From assembly GCA_002245135.1 (NCBI GenBank), contig NGBS01000876.1, positions 62,001 through 126,000 on the forward strand: a DNA stretch of 64,000 bases, read 5' to 3'. Both the position numbers and the translations under genes were made by a program. The notes beneath the pieces were generated by a model. The model was not told the origin of the DNA, searched no databases, and saw only the letters and a list, made by a program, of their open reading frames with translations. Source of the stretch: Proteromonas lacertae. Lineage: Eukaryota. Shown piece after piece: positions 39,463 through 55,919 of the stretch. Positions within the stretch are counted from its first letter, which is position 1. The number at the start of each line of letters is the position of its first letter.

Positions 39463-40115
39463 TTATTCACTTTTATTAACAATCTTATCATCTACAATAT
39501 GATAAACTTTTCTCAAATGTTGTTTTATTTCTTCACTAGTATCTTCATGAGAGTAACTGCAATTATCTCCATATTTACACGTATTATATAAATGATAATA
39601 TTTACAAGGATATTCACTCTTTATATGACTATAAGCACAATCTTCACCTTTTATACAACTACCAGTTATCCAGTATTTACATAGTTCAGGTTTTTTAACT
39701 ACACTACAATTATGAGAAAAAGGACAATCAGATCCTTTCTTACATCTTCCTTCCATATAAAAATAACAAGGCTTTTTCTTATCTTCTTCAACTTTTTCTT
39801 TTGCTATTTCTGCTTTTCTTTTCTATTCAGTTTTATATAAATACAATCAAATATGATAAATACTCTCTTTTTATTAACTTTTTTTGGATTTGATGATTCA
39901 ATCTGTCTTTTTATTTTCATAATAATTGGATCAACTTCTTGTACTATTATTTCTTCATCTGATTCATGTATGATATGCGTATTAATTGATTGTGATTCAT
40001 CAGAAAATGATATACTATAAAAATTAGGAATTGGAATATGTAGTATTTCACTTTTTGTTGACTTTTTTATATCTTTTTCTCTAGAAGCAAATTTTAAAGT
40101 CCAGAAATCATCCAT
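39463..40115 (-). CDS. Triple CCCH zinc-finger protein (ZC3H4/6/8-like fingers)
   Basis: PCYFYMEGRCKKGSDCPFSH, LCKYWITGSCIKGEDCAYSH, PCKYYHLYNTCKYGDNCSYSH. Confidence 0.85.
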
Positions 40116-40182
40116 TATTCAAAATAAAAATGAAAAAAAAGCTTGAAAAAAGTTTGTCGTTTTGTTTTTTATTTTTCGATTT

Positions 40183-41192
40183 ATGAATCAATCAAGTTCT
40201 AAAAGGTTATTACCACCTCATTTACAAGTTAAATGTTATGAGACTGATTCATCTATGTTGAGCACTAGAAGTGGACTAGCAAAAGATAAGACAGCTCAAG
40301 AAATAATAGAAGAAGAAACTGAAAAAGCGAATAAATTTAATCAATATCTATCAAAAAGTCTATTTGATCGATCTGCAACAGGCAGATTGCCTACAATAGC
40401 AGATCCTTGGCATCAACAGAATTGGAAGGTGAAAAAACACCTCGAAGCGCAAAAGAAAAAGGAGGAGGAAGAAAAGAAGAAGAATAAACAGCAGGATAAA
40501 CAAAATGCAGAAGCATCTTATCAAAAATGGATGGAAGATAAAAAGAAATCTGGAGCATTCAAGAAAAAGCCAAAACCATTAACAAGAGAAGAAGAATTAA
40601 AGAAAAAACAACAGGAAGAAAGGAGATATTTCTATTCACAACAACAACAACAACAAAATGGTAATCAACATGTAGAAACTGAAGAAGAAAAGGAGAAAAA
40701 AGAAAAAGAAGAAGCACTCAAAGCATGGGCAGCAAAGAAAGAAGAAGATAAAAAGAAAGAAGAACAAAAGAAAAAAGAAGAGCAAGAAAAGGCAGATAAA
40801 GAGCTAGAAGAATTAACAAAACAAAGAGAAGAGAAAGTTAAAGAAATAAGACAAAAGGAGAAAGAACATCCACTAGAACCACTGACTGTAAGGTCATCTG
40901 ATATACATAAACCAAAAACTAAAACTGAAGTGAAAATAAATGAAATGAAGAGGATACATAAAATATTAATATCACCTTATTGTCCTAAAGAAGTTAGAGA
41001 GAAAGAATCCAAGAAGAATTTGAAGTATTTGAAGAAAATTACTAGTGCTGATAATATATCGTATATATTTATTGTATTATTATTTATTATTATAGTGAAG
41101 ATGAAATTAGTAAAGTTTTTGAAGAAACAAAGAAAATGTCAACTACAAATTCTTCGACAATCAAAAGTACTTCTTCGTATGAATCTGTTTAA
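40183..41192 (+). CDS. Hypothetical K/E-rich coiled-coil protein
   Basis: ATG 40183; intron 41061-41095; stop at 41190-41192. Confidence 0.65.
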
Positions 41193-41422
41193 TTAAATTA
41201 TTTAATTTAAATTCATTTTTATTTATATTTTTGCATTATATTAAGGTATTTAGCTAGTTTTTGAAATTTTTATAAAACTCAAACGTTTTTCAAGCCTTTT
41301 GTGTAACGAATATTCTTTTTTCGTCTTTTATTTATTATTCAAATATTCTGTAACACCATTTTTCTATTGTTTACATTAAAACCTTTCAATACAGTCGTTC
41401 ATCATTTATAACTTAATCATCA

Positions 41423-43410
41423 ATGTCAGAATCAAACCCATTGGATGTAAAAGACTCATATTTTCTACCTTCTTCAGTCATTATTGGTACTTCCGATATG
41501 ACTCTAATTACAGATATGTCGGAAACACTTTCAGTATAGATTTTGCTTATTAGTAATTATTGCTATAGAAAAATGGAATAATTGTTAGTTTTAGTGGAAC
41601 AGGAAACGAATGCCTACAAAAAATAATGGCAGGTGAAAAAGCAGACCTATTTCTCTTAGATATAGATCATGCAGGAATGCCACCTCATAATTTTTTAAAA
41701 GCATACAATAGGATTAAAACTAGATTACAGAAGTATATATAATAAATAGTTATAATTAATCTTTAAATAGATCGCTTCCTCCAGTTGTTGCAGTGTGTCA
41801 ATATGAATCAATAGATATTGCGTTACAATGTAAATCACTTGGTGTTGTAGATATATATGTTTGTCCATTTGAAAGTAGTCATTTCTTAGGAAGAATAAAA
41901 GTATAAAAGTAAAATATAAATATTCTCCTTTAGATTGCATTTAATACAAAGCCAATAAATGAAATGAAAATACCAGAATCAGCAGCACCAACACCAGAAC
42001 CAGATGAAGTAAAAGATACAAAAAAAGAAGAAAATATTGTATAATAATAATAATAATAATTATATATATATATTATTATTCATTAGAAATTACAAGCAGA
42101 AGAGAATAAACAAATATTAAAAGAAAACGAAGATTTAAAAAAGAAATTAGACACGTTATTATGGAAATATCTTCGTCCATTTAAATTCAGTCAAATTCCA
42201 GCAATTAGTAAAATCAAAGAAACCGATGATCAATTAGGAAATTATGAATTACAAAATGAAATAGGTCATGGTGCATTTGGTGTAGTCAGACTAGGAATCA
42301 ATACAGATACAAATCAGAAAGTGGCAATAAAGAGACTTTCTAAAGAGAAATTACATGATGTGGAAGAGATTGAATCAATTGAAGCAGAGATTAAATTAAT
42401 GACAATGTTGACAGTATAATAGATAATATTTATATTCTTTTTAATAGCACAATAATATTGTAAGATTACTAGGAGTTGAACATACCAACAGTTACATATA
42501 TATAATCCTTGAGTATTTAGGTGGTGGTAATCTAAGGCAATATTTATGTAAATCAGGTGATTTAAGAGAGGATCAAATAAAGAGATATTTCTTTCAAATA
42601 TGCAGTGCAGTAGAATATTGTCATAGTAGACAGATTGCTCATAGAGATTTGAAGTTAGAGAATATTATGTTAGATGAACATAATCAAGCAAAATTAACTG
42701 ATTTTGGATTATCAGTTAAGATTACACCAGGACAATTGATTAAACAGTATTGTGGTTCACCTGGTTATATGGCTCCAGAAGTATTTATATTTATATTTAT
42801 ATACTTTTTATTTATTTGTAATAGATATTAGCTGGTGAAACATATGATCCATTAGCTGCTGATGTTTATAGTTTAGGCGTTATATTAATGGATTTAGCAA
42901 TTGGCCCAAGTAATGATATGAGATTAGCTGAAGGGAAAGATGATAAAGCAGTGGAAGAAAGGTTGAGAGTATTAAGCCAATCATTATCAAGACAACAATT
43001 ACACAGGTTTTCTACTTCATTTATGGATTTATTGACAAGAATGTTGTGTTATGATAGAAAACAGAGGATCTTAACTGCTCATATTTTGAAACATCCTTTC
43101 TTTGGAGGACTTGCATTAACCACTCCAAATACAACTCCTTCACTATCAAGAAGAATTGCACAAGTATTTTTTTGATTTATATTTTGTTAAATAGAATTTA
43201 AAACCGCCACGTGAACCTACCAAGTCTGTAAGAAGTAGTGATGGAAGAAAAAGTGCTGGAATACCTCGTAGTCCAGGAATGAGGAGAAGAAGTATTGGAA
43301 GGGAAGAAAATGATTTGGTTTTAACATCATCATCCTCTTCTATCCAACTTCCTTCTTTGGGAATAGCTCAATCTCAAAGTTCAAAAGTTGGGTCGTCTAT
43401 GAAAAGGTAA
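41423..43410 (+). CDS. Receiver (REC)-like domain + CAMK/SNF1-type Ser/Thr kinase
   Basis: N-terminal ADLFLLDID...PVVAVC...LGVVDIYVCPF; kinase IGHGAFGVV, VAIK, HRDLKLEN, DFG, CGSPGYMAPE, DVYSLG. The last exon is ambiguous. Confidence 0.8.
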
Positions 43411-43557
43411 GTTAGTAATGTTGTAGGGTTAGACAATTTTTTTAATAAATAGTAAATATATGTTTATTTTATGCTATATGATGCATGTCGATTAGTTTTT
43501 TCAATTTTTGAAATATATTCGTTTCTCTTTTATCTTTTAATTATTTATTTCTTGTAA

Positions 43558-44513
43558 ATGAATGAATATAAACTTGAAACCACTATATTAGTATACAACA
43601 TTTTTAATAATATATGTAGGGAGCAAAATCAGCCATCAGTTGTTCCAAATTTAGCGTTGATGGAAATCTTATGGGATGTGGATGTATTCATTATGTTAAC
43701 TATATTAAACTAGGCAGTGATGGTACTATCATGATTTATGAATGTCATTCATACAACCTGGTACAACAATTAACTTGTGAAAATGTAGGAATAAATGATC
43801 TGTTATGGACATACAATAATCAATACATAATCACAGCTTGTGATAATAATAAAATCCACATTTGGAACATATATAAGAATGAAGTCATTAAATACTTAGA
43901 AGGGCATAAAGAGAGTGTTGTGTGTTTGTCAATAAATCTACAGACTAATATGCTCGTAAGTGGAAGTATGGATACAGTGATAAAGATGTGGAATATCAAG
44001 AATGGAAGATGTATGAGAAATTTCTATGGTCACAATGATGGTATTAGTAGTATAAACCTAAACAGAGATGGAACAATGATATTAAGTAGTAGTTTTGATG
44101 GAATCACTAGGATTTGGGATACTTTGAGTGGATGTTGTCTAAAAACAATAATAAATGAAAATAATATAGAAAATAAAGGATTTTCGATGTTTTTAAGTGA
44201 TCAGAAATATATATTAATATCAACAATGGATAATGAGATAGAACTGTGGAATTATGAGTTAAATGAGATTAAACGAAGATACGTTGGTCATAAATGTAAA
44301 AGTATAGTTATAAATTTTTGTTTATGTAATGATAATAAATATTTGGCAAGTGGAAGTGAGGATAATGATGTATATATTTGGGATTTAGATAATTGCAAAG
44401 TCATACAGGTATTAAAAGGTCATTTAGGAAGTGTAGTCTGTGTTGACAATAATGAAGATAAGTTATTATCATGCGGATTAGATAAAAGTATAAAGATATG
44501 GTCAAGAAAATAG
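43558..44513 (+). CDS. WD40 protein, WDR5/Swd3-like
   Basis: Seven WD repeats; NRDGTMILSSSFDGITRIWD.LSGCCLKTI and SGSEDNDVYIWDL resemble WDR5. Confidence 0.7.
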
Positions 44514-44598
44514 CTTTTTTAATTTTTGTGGGGTTTGAAAAGAATAGTGAAACGATACAATTTTTATTTAAATCATAATTTGTTTTGGTAATAGCCAT

Positions 44599-47295
<2,697 letters not shown>

Positions 47296-47899
47296 TTAAT
47301 TTGGTTTTAATTCAATTTATTTTTGTATTTACAGTTCTAATTGTATGACGATAAATTGATATGGTTGATAAGATTAATTTTATGTTTGACATTATTTCAT
47401 CCTCAAATGTACATTAATGCATTTTGATCATAAATTTACCTTCTACAAAAGAGATTAGTGAAAAAAGAAATCTGAAAGTCAAGCTTTATGCTTGATATTA
47501 TGTTTTTAATTTAGCGTTAATGATGGATGATATTGTTATTATAAGTTATATAAACAACTATACATTCCAATAAAAAAGCAAAATAGCATGAATTATTTAG
47601 ATTTAGAGATATTAGGTTTGTAGAGTAAAAGTAATAGTAGTTAAGGTAATACAAATACCATTTATGTAATTAAGTGATGATTAATACATTCATAGTGTAA
47701 CAGATTACTACTCAATCTAAGAAGTAAGACTCTTAAATAGCAAAAAACAATTCAGACAAAGTAATATTAATTTTAATATTCAAGAAGATAATAACTGAAT
47801 TATAAAAACTATCACTGATCCACACAATTGTCAGTTGACCAATAAAAACGCTTAAAACAAAAAATACATTTCAAAATTTTTAAAACTCGATACTACAAA

Positions 47900-49979
47900 A
47901 TGAAGAGTATACAAAGTATATGTTTATATATAACTTCTTAGTTTTGATATTGCTTGCATTTATTATGCCAATATTTGCTGTGAATGCAAGAAAAGAACAT
48001 TTATTAAAGAAATCACAAAAAATTGTTAAGACAAGGGATGTCAAACCAACAGATGTAACATTTCCTTTGAGTGGATCTGAATCAGGCTATATTTATTTTA
48101 TCACTAGAGGTGTAATTAATGTAATTAAAAGGAGTGGTGATTATTATTATAAATGGGTATTTACTTACAAATCAACTTCTGCTGAAGGTTCTCTCACTTT
48201 AAATGACATAGTCATTGATGAAGACAAATCAAAATTCTTATTCAGTTCTAGAAAAGGTACAGATGGTTGTACTATTGAATTTAATCAAGAATATAGTTAC
48301 AAGTATATAAATATATCAATATAATACTATTACTAGAGATATAAAAGAGAAATGTACAGATCAAAGTGTAATTAAAAAAACAGTATCTGAAATACAAAGT
48401 GCTACAAAAATATCATGTACAGAAGAAACAATTTTAGGATATAGTTATAAAGTATGTGAGATGAAAGTAGGTGATAGGGATTATTATCTTGATACAGATC
48501 GTATTTTATTCTGCTTATATACATCAAATAGAAAGCATTGATGAAATTAATTACAAATTAGATAATATGAAAGTAGGAACTTATTCACCATCTACTGTAT
48601 TCAATGGTAAGACTCTATATGATTCAATAAAAGTAGAAAACAATAGAATGTTGAGTGTGGAATATGAGTATTATCGTTTTGCGTTTTTAGATAGAAATGT
48701 AACATTAGAAGATAAAGTGAATTATACAAAAGCAGCATATAAAGGAGGAGATGGTAAAAACGGTTTAGCTTTTATATGTTTAGAAAGTGAGTGTAAATAC
48801 ATCTGTAAAGCAGATTTACATAATATAGAAAATAATTATGATTGGTATTTCTTAGCTAATCCATGGTACACAAAAGGATCAGATTTTGGAAGAGATTTCA
48901 ATAATGATTATGACAAGGCTTACAATTTTATGAAAAATTATGATGCAACTAAATACAATTTGAGAAGATCTTTGTTAGAAGAAGATAATACAGCTACATC
49001 AACAAAAGCAGTAAAAGGATATTACAATGAAGAACTAAAAGATAGGGATGAATATAGAGGTTATTTCTTAAGTGGTAATACTCTAACAATTATAAAACAA
49101 ACTTATGCTTCTAGAAGTGATGTTGAACAATTGAAGTTTGTATTGAATCTTGATTCAGAAACAAGTATATTATTATGATATATAAAATGAATAGAATCTA
49201 TAAAATTGATTGATGTTGATGATGCTGATCAAGATAAAAGTGGAGTAGAACCAAAATTTAATGATGACGCTGATGTAACTTGTAAAAAATTGATTCCATT
49301 AAAAGATTATCCTTCTAAATATCAAAAATGTAATATAAATCTGAATAGTCTTGCTAATGAGTTTTTAAATAAAGAATACAATATAACTGAGAATGTATTA
49401 AAGATTCATGATATTGAAGGAGATGCAGCTGTTAAAACAGTAACATTCACTGAATATGCTGGTATTCATTATTCATAATTATATTAAATAGATTCAACCA
49501 GATTAGATGAAATAGTAAGCAAAATATCAAAATTCACTAAACCAATTTCTAACGGCAAATGCTTCAGATATAATAATAAAACTGAAGAAAATGATGAATA
49601 TATATCAACATTATACAAGAATGTGTTTTATAAGAGAGAATATGAAATAGATACAGAAGCAGAAAAGAGAGGAGTTGAAATTAGTGTTGTACCAAAAGAT
49701 CAAAATGAAGTTGATTATACTATTGATGATGGTCATTCTTATGTTGAGATAGACGATAAACATTATTATGAAAGAAATCTTTTTCACAAATATGTTGATT
49801 TAAAAGTAAATGAATATATTGAGTGTAATGAAGATGTAAAGATTAGTGCTTTTAGAGAAATTAATGAAAAAGTTGATGAAATAAGAAAAGAAATTGGTAT
49901 TGATGGAGGAGGTAATGGAAGTGTAAAAAATATGGTGAATTTATTCTTAGTCACTTTATTGTTCATCATTTTCGTATAA
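47900..49979 (+). CDS. Secreted, probably GPI-anchored surface protein
   Basis: Spliced signal peptide MKSIQILILLAFIMPIFA; C-terminal GGGNGS plus a hydrophobic tail with no cytosolic end; scattered Cys. Confidence 0.65.
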
Positions 49980-50083
49980 ATTCTTTGAATTTATATGATA
50001 TTTTATTATTATATCACTGAATGCTTTTAATATTTGTTTTTTTATTACAAACTAAAAACATAAACAATATATATATGTATATA

Positions 50084-51794
50084 TTATTGAGTTGCACATC
50101 TTTCTATTTCTTCATCATTTATATCACCAATTACTTCGTCATTATCCTATTCATAAAATAAATAATAAATAATATTAATATATATACAACTTTTTTATTC
50201 TTTACTAAAGGAGTAGTTTTTCTATGAATAGGAGAAGAAGGAGAAGGTGATGGTATTTTTGAAGTTCTATTGTTTTTCAGCTTAATAGATGATGATGATG
50301 ATAATGATTTATTATTATGTATAGTTGGTATTGAAGATGTAGATGTTGATGAAACAGATGTATTTACTAAATCCATTTCATCACTACTTGGAGCTGGTGG
50401 AATAGATGAAGATATACTATAATTCAACTGCTTCTTCAACTCATTATTTTCTGCTTTTAATTGTCTTGATTTTTCATATAAACTCTTTATTTTATTTACT
50501 ATATCTTTTGTCATTTTCACTTTTTCCAATTGGTTTATTCTATTATCTTTTTGTTGATTGGAGATTTCTAATTGTCGAATTTCGTCATTTTTTCTTTTGT
50601 TATCTGTTTCTAATTCTAAAATTCTATTGAAAAAACATTCTTTATCCTATTCCATTAAATATAAATATAAATAAATATATATACTTCATTATTTTCATCT
50701 TCATCATTGCTATTATTCTTTATATCTATTTGATTCTCTAGTTCATTAATTCTATCTTTGTATTTATTAATCATTTCCATCATCTGTTCATTTTGAAACT
50801 TCAAGTCTTTTATCTCTTCATCTTTTTGATATAATTCTTCTTGATATTCATTATTCTCACTATTATTATTATTATTCATTAATTCATTTGTCATTATTCG
50901 AATTTGAGTCTCAAGCTGCGATATCTGTGATTTATATTCTTCAACATTCTAATCATTAATATAATATCATATATATATATATATATATACATTCATTACT
51001 ACTTCATCATTCATTATCTTCTCTTTTAATGTTTTAATTTCATTATTCTTTAATATCAATTCTTCTCTATTTTTATATGATTTCATTGCAAATTCTTTTT
51101 CTTTTTCTTCTAATTGTTGTGTTTGGGATGATAATTGATTTATTAAATCTTCGTTCTTCTGTTCTAATGACATTATTTCTTCTTTCATATTCTCTATTTG
51201 TTCATTGGCTGGAGCATCCGTTAGTGATTGTAACGAATCTATTTTTGATTGAAAATCGTTATATAATTCCATTTTTTCTTTTTCTAATTCTTTGATTTGA
51301 GTTTTATACTTATTCATTTGCTATAAAAATATAAAATAATCTATTTTATTAATACATTAACTATCATCTCAAAATTACATAATTTATCTTTAAGATTTTT
51401 GTTTTCGTTCTGTAGTTCTCTCATATTAGATGATCCTTCACCTGAAGAAGCTACTTCTAATTCATATTTCAATTGCTCTATCAACTCGTCATTTTTTGTA
51501 TTTTTATCCCTTAGACTCTTATTTTCATCTATTAAATTCCTTAGTATTGTCTCTTTGTTCTTCATTGTTGACAATTTTGTTTTGCAATCATCAAGCTCTT
51601 GGTTTAGTTTCATAGCTTCATTTTCATATTTCTGTAAATTCTGATTGTTTTCTTCTTTAAGAGAGTTATTTTCTTTTTTTAGTTGTTCTATAGCCTATAC
51701 CAAAAATTCATTTACATATCGAATATACAATCTTCATATTCTCTATTGTGTATTTTAATTGAACTATTTGCTTTTCGTATTCATCTGATTCCAT
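50084..51794 (-). CDS. Hypothetical long coiled-coil protein
   Basis: ATG 51794 (MESDEYEKQ); heptad-rich exons; stop at 50084-50086. Confidence 0.65.
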
Positions 51795-51838
51795 TTTCAA
51801 AATTCAAATTTTTAAATGAAACGAATATATTTTTTGAA
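51795..51838. promoter_or_regulatory. Putative 44-bp bidirectional promoter/5'UTR interval
   Basis: Lies between divergent ATGs at 51794(-) and 51839(+); contains AACGAA and TTTCAAAA...TTTTGAA. Confidence 0.6.
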
Positions 51839-52343
51839 ATGGAAGAGATTGATTCTGAAGAAACTAAAAATGATGTAGACGAACTAGACACTATTTCAGC
51901 ATTACAAAGAGATTTAGGTTTATTAGCAGCATGTTTAGATAACGCAATTGGTCAAATTAACTGGAATTGCCCTTCAGCTCCTAATTTACCAACAAGTACA
52001 TCCACTCCACAGAATACAGTACCAGGTGAATTTCAAAATACAGTAAGTTTATTTTTTTATATTGTTATTAAATAGATACACACTTTAGCTAAAGATATAG
52101 CAAATGTTACAAAAATATTAGATAAAGAAATTGATAAACTACCTGATTATGGATCTTCATCAATGTATGAATGTTCTTTTTATTCATTTGAAAAATAGGC
52201 CAAGAACAATGAGAATTGAAACATTAGAAAGTGATATTACTGAATTATCAAAACAAATAATAGGGAAGAAAAGAAAAATTCAGGAATATCAAGAAGAAAG
52301 CAGAAAGATAATAGATAAATGTTTAAATGAAATTGATTCATAA
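51839..52343 (+). CDS. MED21: Mediator subunit 21 (Srb7)
   Basis: DTISALQRDLGLLAACLDNAIGQI...LAKDIANVTKILDKEIDKLP...RIETLE parallels the MED21 pattern. Confidence 0.7.
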
Positions 52344-52526
52344 ATGTATTAATAAGATTAATTTAATATCCTTTAATACTTCTGTGTGGTAGTGGTAAAT
52401 AAATGTATTTTTCAGTGATTAAGCTATTAGTTCATTCAAAAAAATGAAATTTATTAAAATATTTGGCTTGACTATCAACCAATCAAATTTCTCTTTTCAT
52501 ATTGAAAATCTATTTCTTGCTCTATC

Positions 52527-54629
52527 ATGTCAGCCTATGCACTTGGTGTTGTACTCGATTCTGAATTCGATTGCTTACCTATCCTTAAATTATTAACTAT
52601 CCAATCAGTTCCACTTGCCAACCACAAAACCGTTGATGTTCGTGTTGGAGTTATTAATGACGTAAGAGTGGCATTTGCATTCCGAACTGCAAATGAATTC
52701 TGTGAAGATGTATTAAGTGCATTAAACTTTCTTGGATGTGAAAGAGTATTGACAGTGTATGATATTAGAAATATTTAATTATCTAGATTAACAGTAGGTT
52801 CACTTAGAAACCACTATTCATTAGGAGACTTTGTTATACTAAGTGGATTTGGTACATCTCCTTTGAATACGTATACACCAAAGGTATCAAGTCATTTCCA
52901 ACCAATTACACCACACTTAGATCCTGACTTCCAAAACGTAGTAAAAATGACAATTAATGGTTTAGGAGCTCGTCATCATGATTCTGGTGTTTATGTTCAA
53001 AATAACTTAGTAGGAAGATATGAGTCAGATGTAGAAATCCTCGAATTTGCCAAAATTGGACATGTAATCGGTAAATTTGGTTGTGATGAAATCTCATATT
53101 TATGTAGTAAGAATGTGAAAGTAAGTGCTTTAGCTGTAATTATTAACATAGCCCATAGTCATACATCAGAAACGCCCTTATATACAAACTTAGAATTAAA
53201 ACATTCACTCAAAAACAACACTCAAAGAGTAGAACATGCAATTGAAAATCTAATTCTAGAACTTTCCAGAAAACCTCTTCAACGTAAACAAGTAGATTTA
53301 ATATTACACGGTCGTTATGTCTTACCAATGACACCAGATTGTCCCATTTTAGAAAATCACAGTGTAGTAATAAATGATAAGAAAATTGTTGAAGTTATTG
53401 ATTCATCAAAAGTCTATGAGAAGTATATACCAAGAAGTTGTAAATATTACAGTCACAATGTATTATTACCTGGATTTATAAACTGTCATACCCATCTTCC
53501 AATGAATATATTCAAAGGATATGGTGATGATATGCCATTAGCTGATTGGTTGAATAATAAGATATGGCCAGCTGAAGGTAGATTTATTGATCCTGAATTC
53601 TTAGCTGATGGTATGAGAATGGGTATAGCTGAATTAATAAAGAGTGGTATAACATGTTTCAATGATATGTATTTTGGTATTCCTACTGAAGTATCTGTAG
53701 GTAAAGAGATTGGTATAAGAGGAGTTTATGGATTTAGTGTAATGTCATTTGCTACTAAAGATGCTAAAGATTGTGATGATGCATTAAAGAAAGCTGAACA
53801 ATATATTAATGATAATAGAAATGATAGTGATTTAGTGTATTTCTCTATTGCACCACATGCTCCATACACTGTTAATCCTACTGATTTTACTAAATGTGTC
53901 AACTTAGCAAAGAAATTAAAAGTTCCAATTCATACACATATTCAAGAGACTGATAAAGAAGTGGAAGATTATAAAAAGGAACACAACTGTAGTCCACTTG
54001 AGAAATTCAATGATTTAGGTATTCTAGGACCACATTTCATATCAGTACATTCAGTTAGTTTAAGTGATAAAGATATTGAAATATTAAGTAAAACAAAATG
54101 TTCTGTTGTTCATAATCCATGTAGTAATTTGAAATTAGCTAGTGGAATAACACGTATCAATGATTTACATAAGAGTGGTGTCAATATTGCATTAGGTACT
54201 GATAGTAGTGCAAGCAACAACAGTTTATCAATGTTTAATGAAATGAGAACTGCTGCATTAATTGGTAAAGTAAGAGAGTTAGATGCAGTAGCTGTACCAG
54301 CGAAGGATGTATTATTTATGGCTACTATTAATGGAGCTAAAGCGTTAGGTTTAGATAATGTTATTGGTAGTTTAGAAAGTGGTAAATATGCTGATGTTAC
54401 TGTATTAGATGTTGATAGAGTTGAGATGATTCCATTATTTGATATTGTCTCTCAGATTGTGTATTGTGGACAAAGAGATATTGTTACTGATGTATTTGTA
54501 GGTGGTAAACAATTATTAAGGAATGGTTTGTTTACTACTATTAATCCTTATGAATTATTTGCTTTAAGTGAGAAATGGGTGAAAAAGTTGAGAGATTTTG
54601 AAGAAAGCAATGCTAAAGATTCTAAGTAG
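52527..54629 (+). CDS. Fusion: degenerate MTA/MTI phosphorylase (PNP/MTAP family 2) + MTA/SAH deaminase (MtaD-type amidohydrolase)
   Basis: A 30-nt intron (52757-52786) joins both ORFs in frame. N-half: ALNFLGCERVLTVLTVGSLR..YSLGDFVI, SGVYV, GRYESDVE. C-half: NCHTH, APHAPY, HTHIQE, SVHSV, GTDSSASNN. Confidence 0.8.
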
Positions 54630-54753
54630 TTGATGACTATATATACATATATATTATATATTAAATATTTCATTTTTGTTTTAATTTTTTCAAATATATC
54701 CATTTTATCAATTATTACATTCTAATTTACTCATTTAATTGAATAAAGGAATT

Positions 54754-55644
54754 ATGTTTGTAATAATAATTTCAGTTGTTGTGCTAACTAGCGTTATTGC
54801 AGTAATATGTCTAAGCGTAACTGATAGTGAAACATCCATACCTATATATGATACTCCTACATGTGATCCATATTATACTCAGAACATTAAATTGTTTGAC
54901 TCAAAAGATCCTAGAATCTTTAGTGATGATGATATAAGAGATAGACTATTCCCCACTTTCAAAAGTGTATATCCATCAATAGGAAGTGATGATTGCATTT
55001 TTGATATAGGTTCAAACATAGGTGAAATAACAGAACTTTTTCTTAATTACTATCCAGAGAACAGAATTTATTTGGCAGAGCCATTAGAATTAAACTATGA
55101 AGCAACAAAAAATAAATTCGCTTCAATAAATCAAATATTAACAATTCATACAGCAATAGGATTTGCTCGAAATAAAACTAGTAAATGGAGATATGATAAA
55201 GCAGGTGACATGATGGGTTTATCAAGATTATTGAGAGTTGAAAACATTACCTTCATGAGTTTAGATAATTTTTATGATTTATATACAAAAAATGAAAATA
55301 TTTTCTTTTTAAAAATCGATGTAGAAGGATATGAAGATGAAGTATTATTTAGCGCAAATAGATTATTACATGATGGAAGAATTAAATATATATATTTTGA
55401 ATATCACCGAATATATAATTTAATATGTAAAAGTAGTTGTACATCATTAATCATCTATTTAGTAGAGTTAAAATATAACTGTTATTTAGCTGGGAAATAT
55501 CAAATGATTAGAATAAGTAAAGGATGTTTTAGCGATATTGATTCTCAGAAATTGGCTCATGTGGTATGTATAAAAGATAATAGAGAAACTGAGAATCAAT
55601 TTGTAAAAACATACAATGAAACTCATTTAAACAATAGTAATTAG
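54754..55644 (+). CDS. FkbM-family SAM methyltransferase with an N-terminal membrane anchor
   Basis: IFDIGSNIG, LAEP, SLDNF, FLKIDVEGYE, IYFEY; no introns needed. Confidence 0.85.
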   Translation: MFVIIISVVVLTSVIAVICLSVTDSETSIPIYDTPTCDPYYTQNIKLFDSKDPRIFSDDDIRDRLFPTFKSVYPSIGSDDCIFDIGSNIGEITELFLNYYPENRIYLAEPLELNYEATKNKFASINQILTIHTAIGFARNKTSKWRYDKAGDMMGLSRLLRVENITFMSLDNFYDLYTKNENIFFLKIDVEGYEDEVLFSANRLLHDGRIKYIYFEYHRIYNLICKSSCTSLIIYLVELKYNCYLAGKYQMIRISKGCFSDIDSQKLAHVVCIKDNRETENQFVKTYNETHLNNSN

Positions 55645-55919
55645 ACTAATGTTACCAATTGATTATAAAATAATAGACCAATTGAAATTTCAAATTCATC
55701 ATAAATATAAATATGAAAATAAAGAATGTAATTTAGATAAGAAGGTGTTCAATATTAATAATAGTACATACGATAAAGTAACATATTATATTGATGAATA
55801 CTTTTTTTGTGTATATACATAATTCGGTAATTTTGACCATAAATGACATCTTGATTTAAGCCAAATTTGAAAAGTGTTTAGTTATTTTTTTAATAATTTT
55901 TTCTTTTTCTTGCTTAGAA

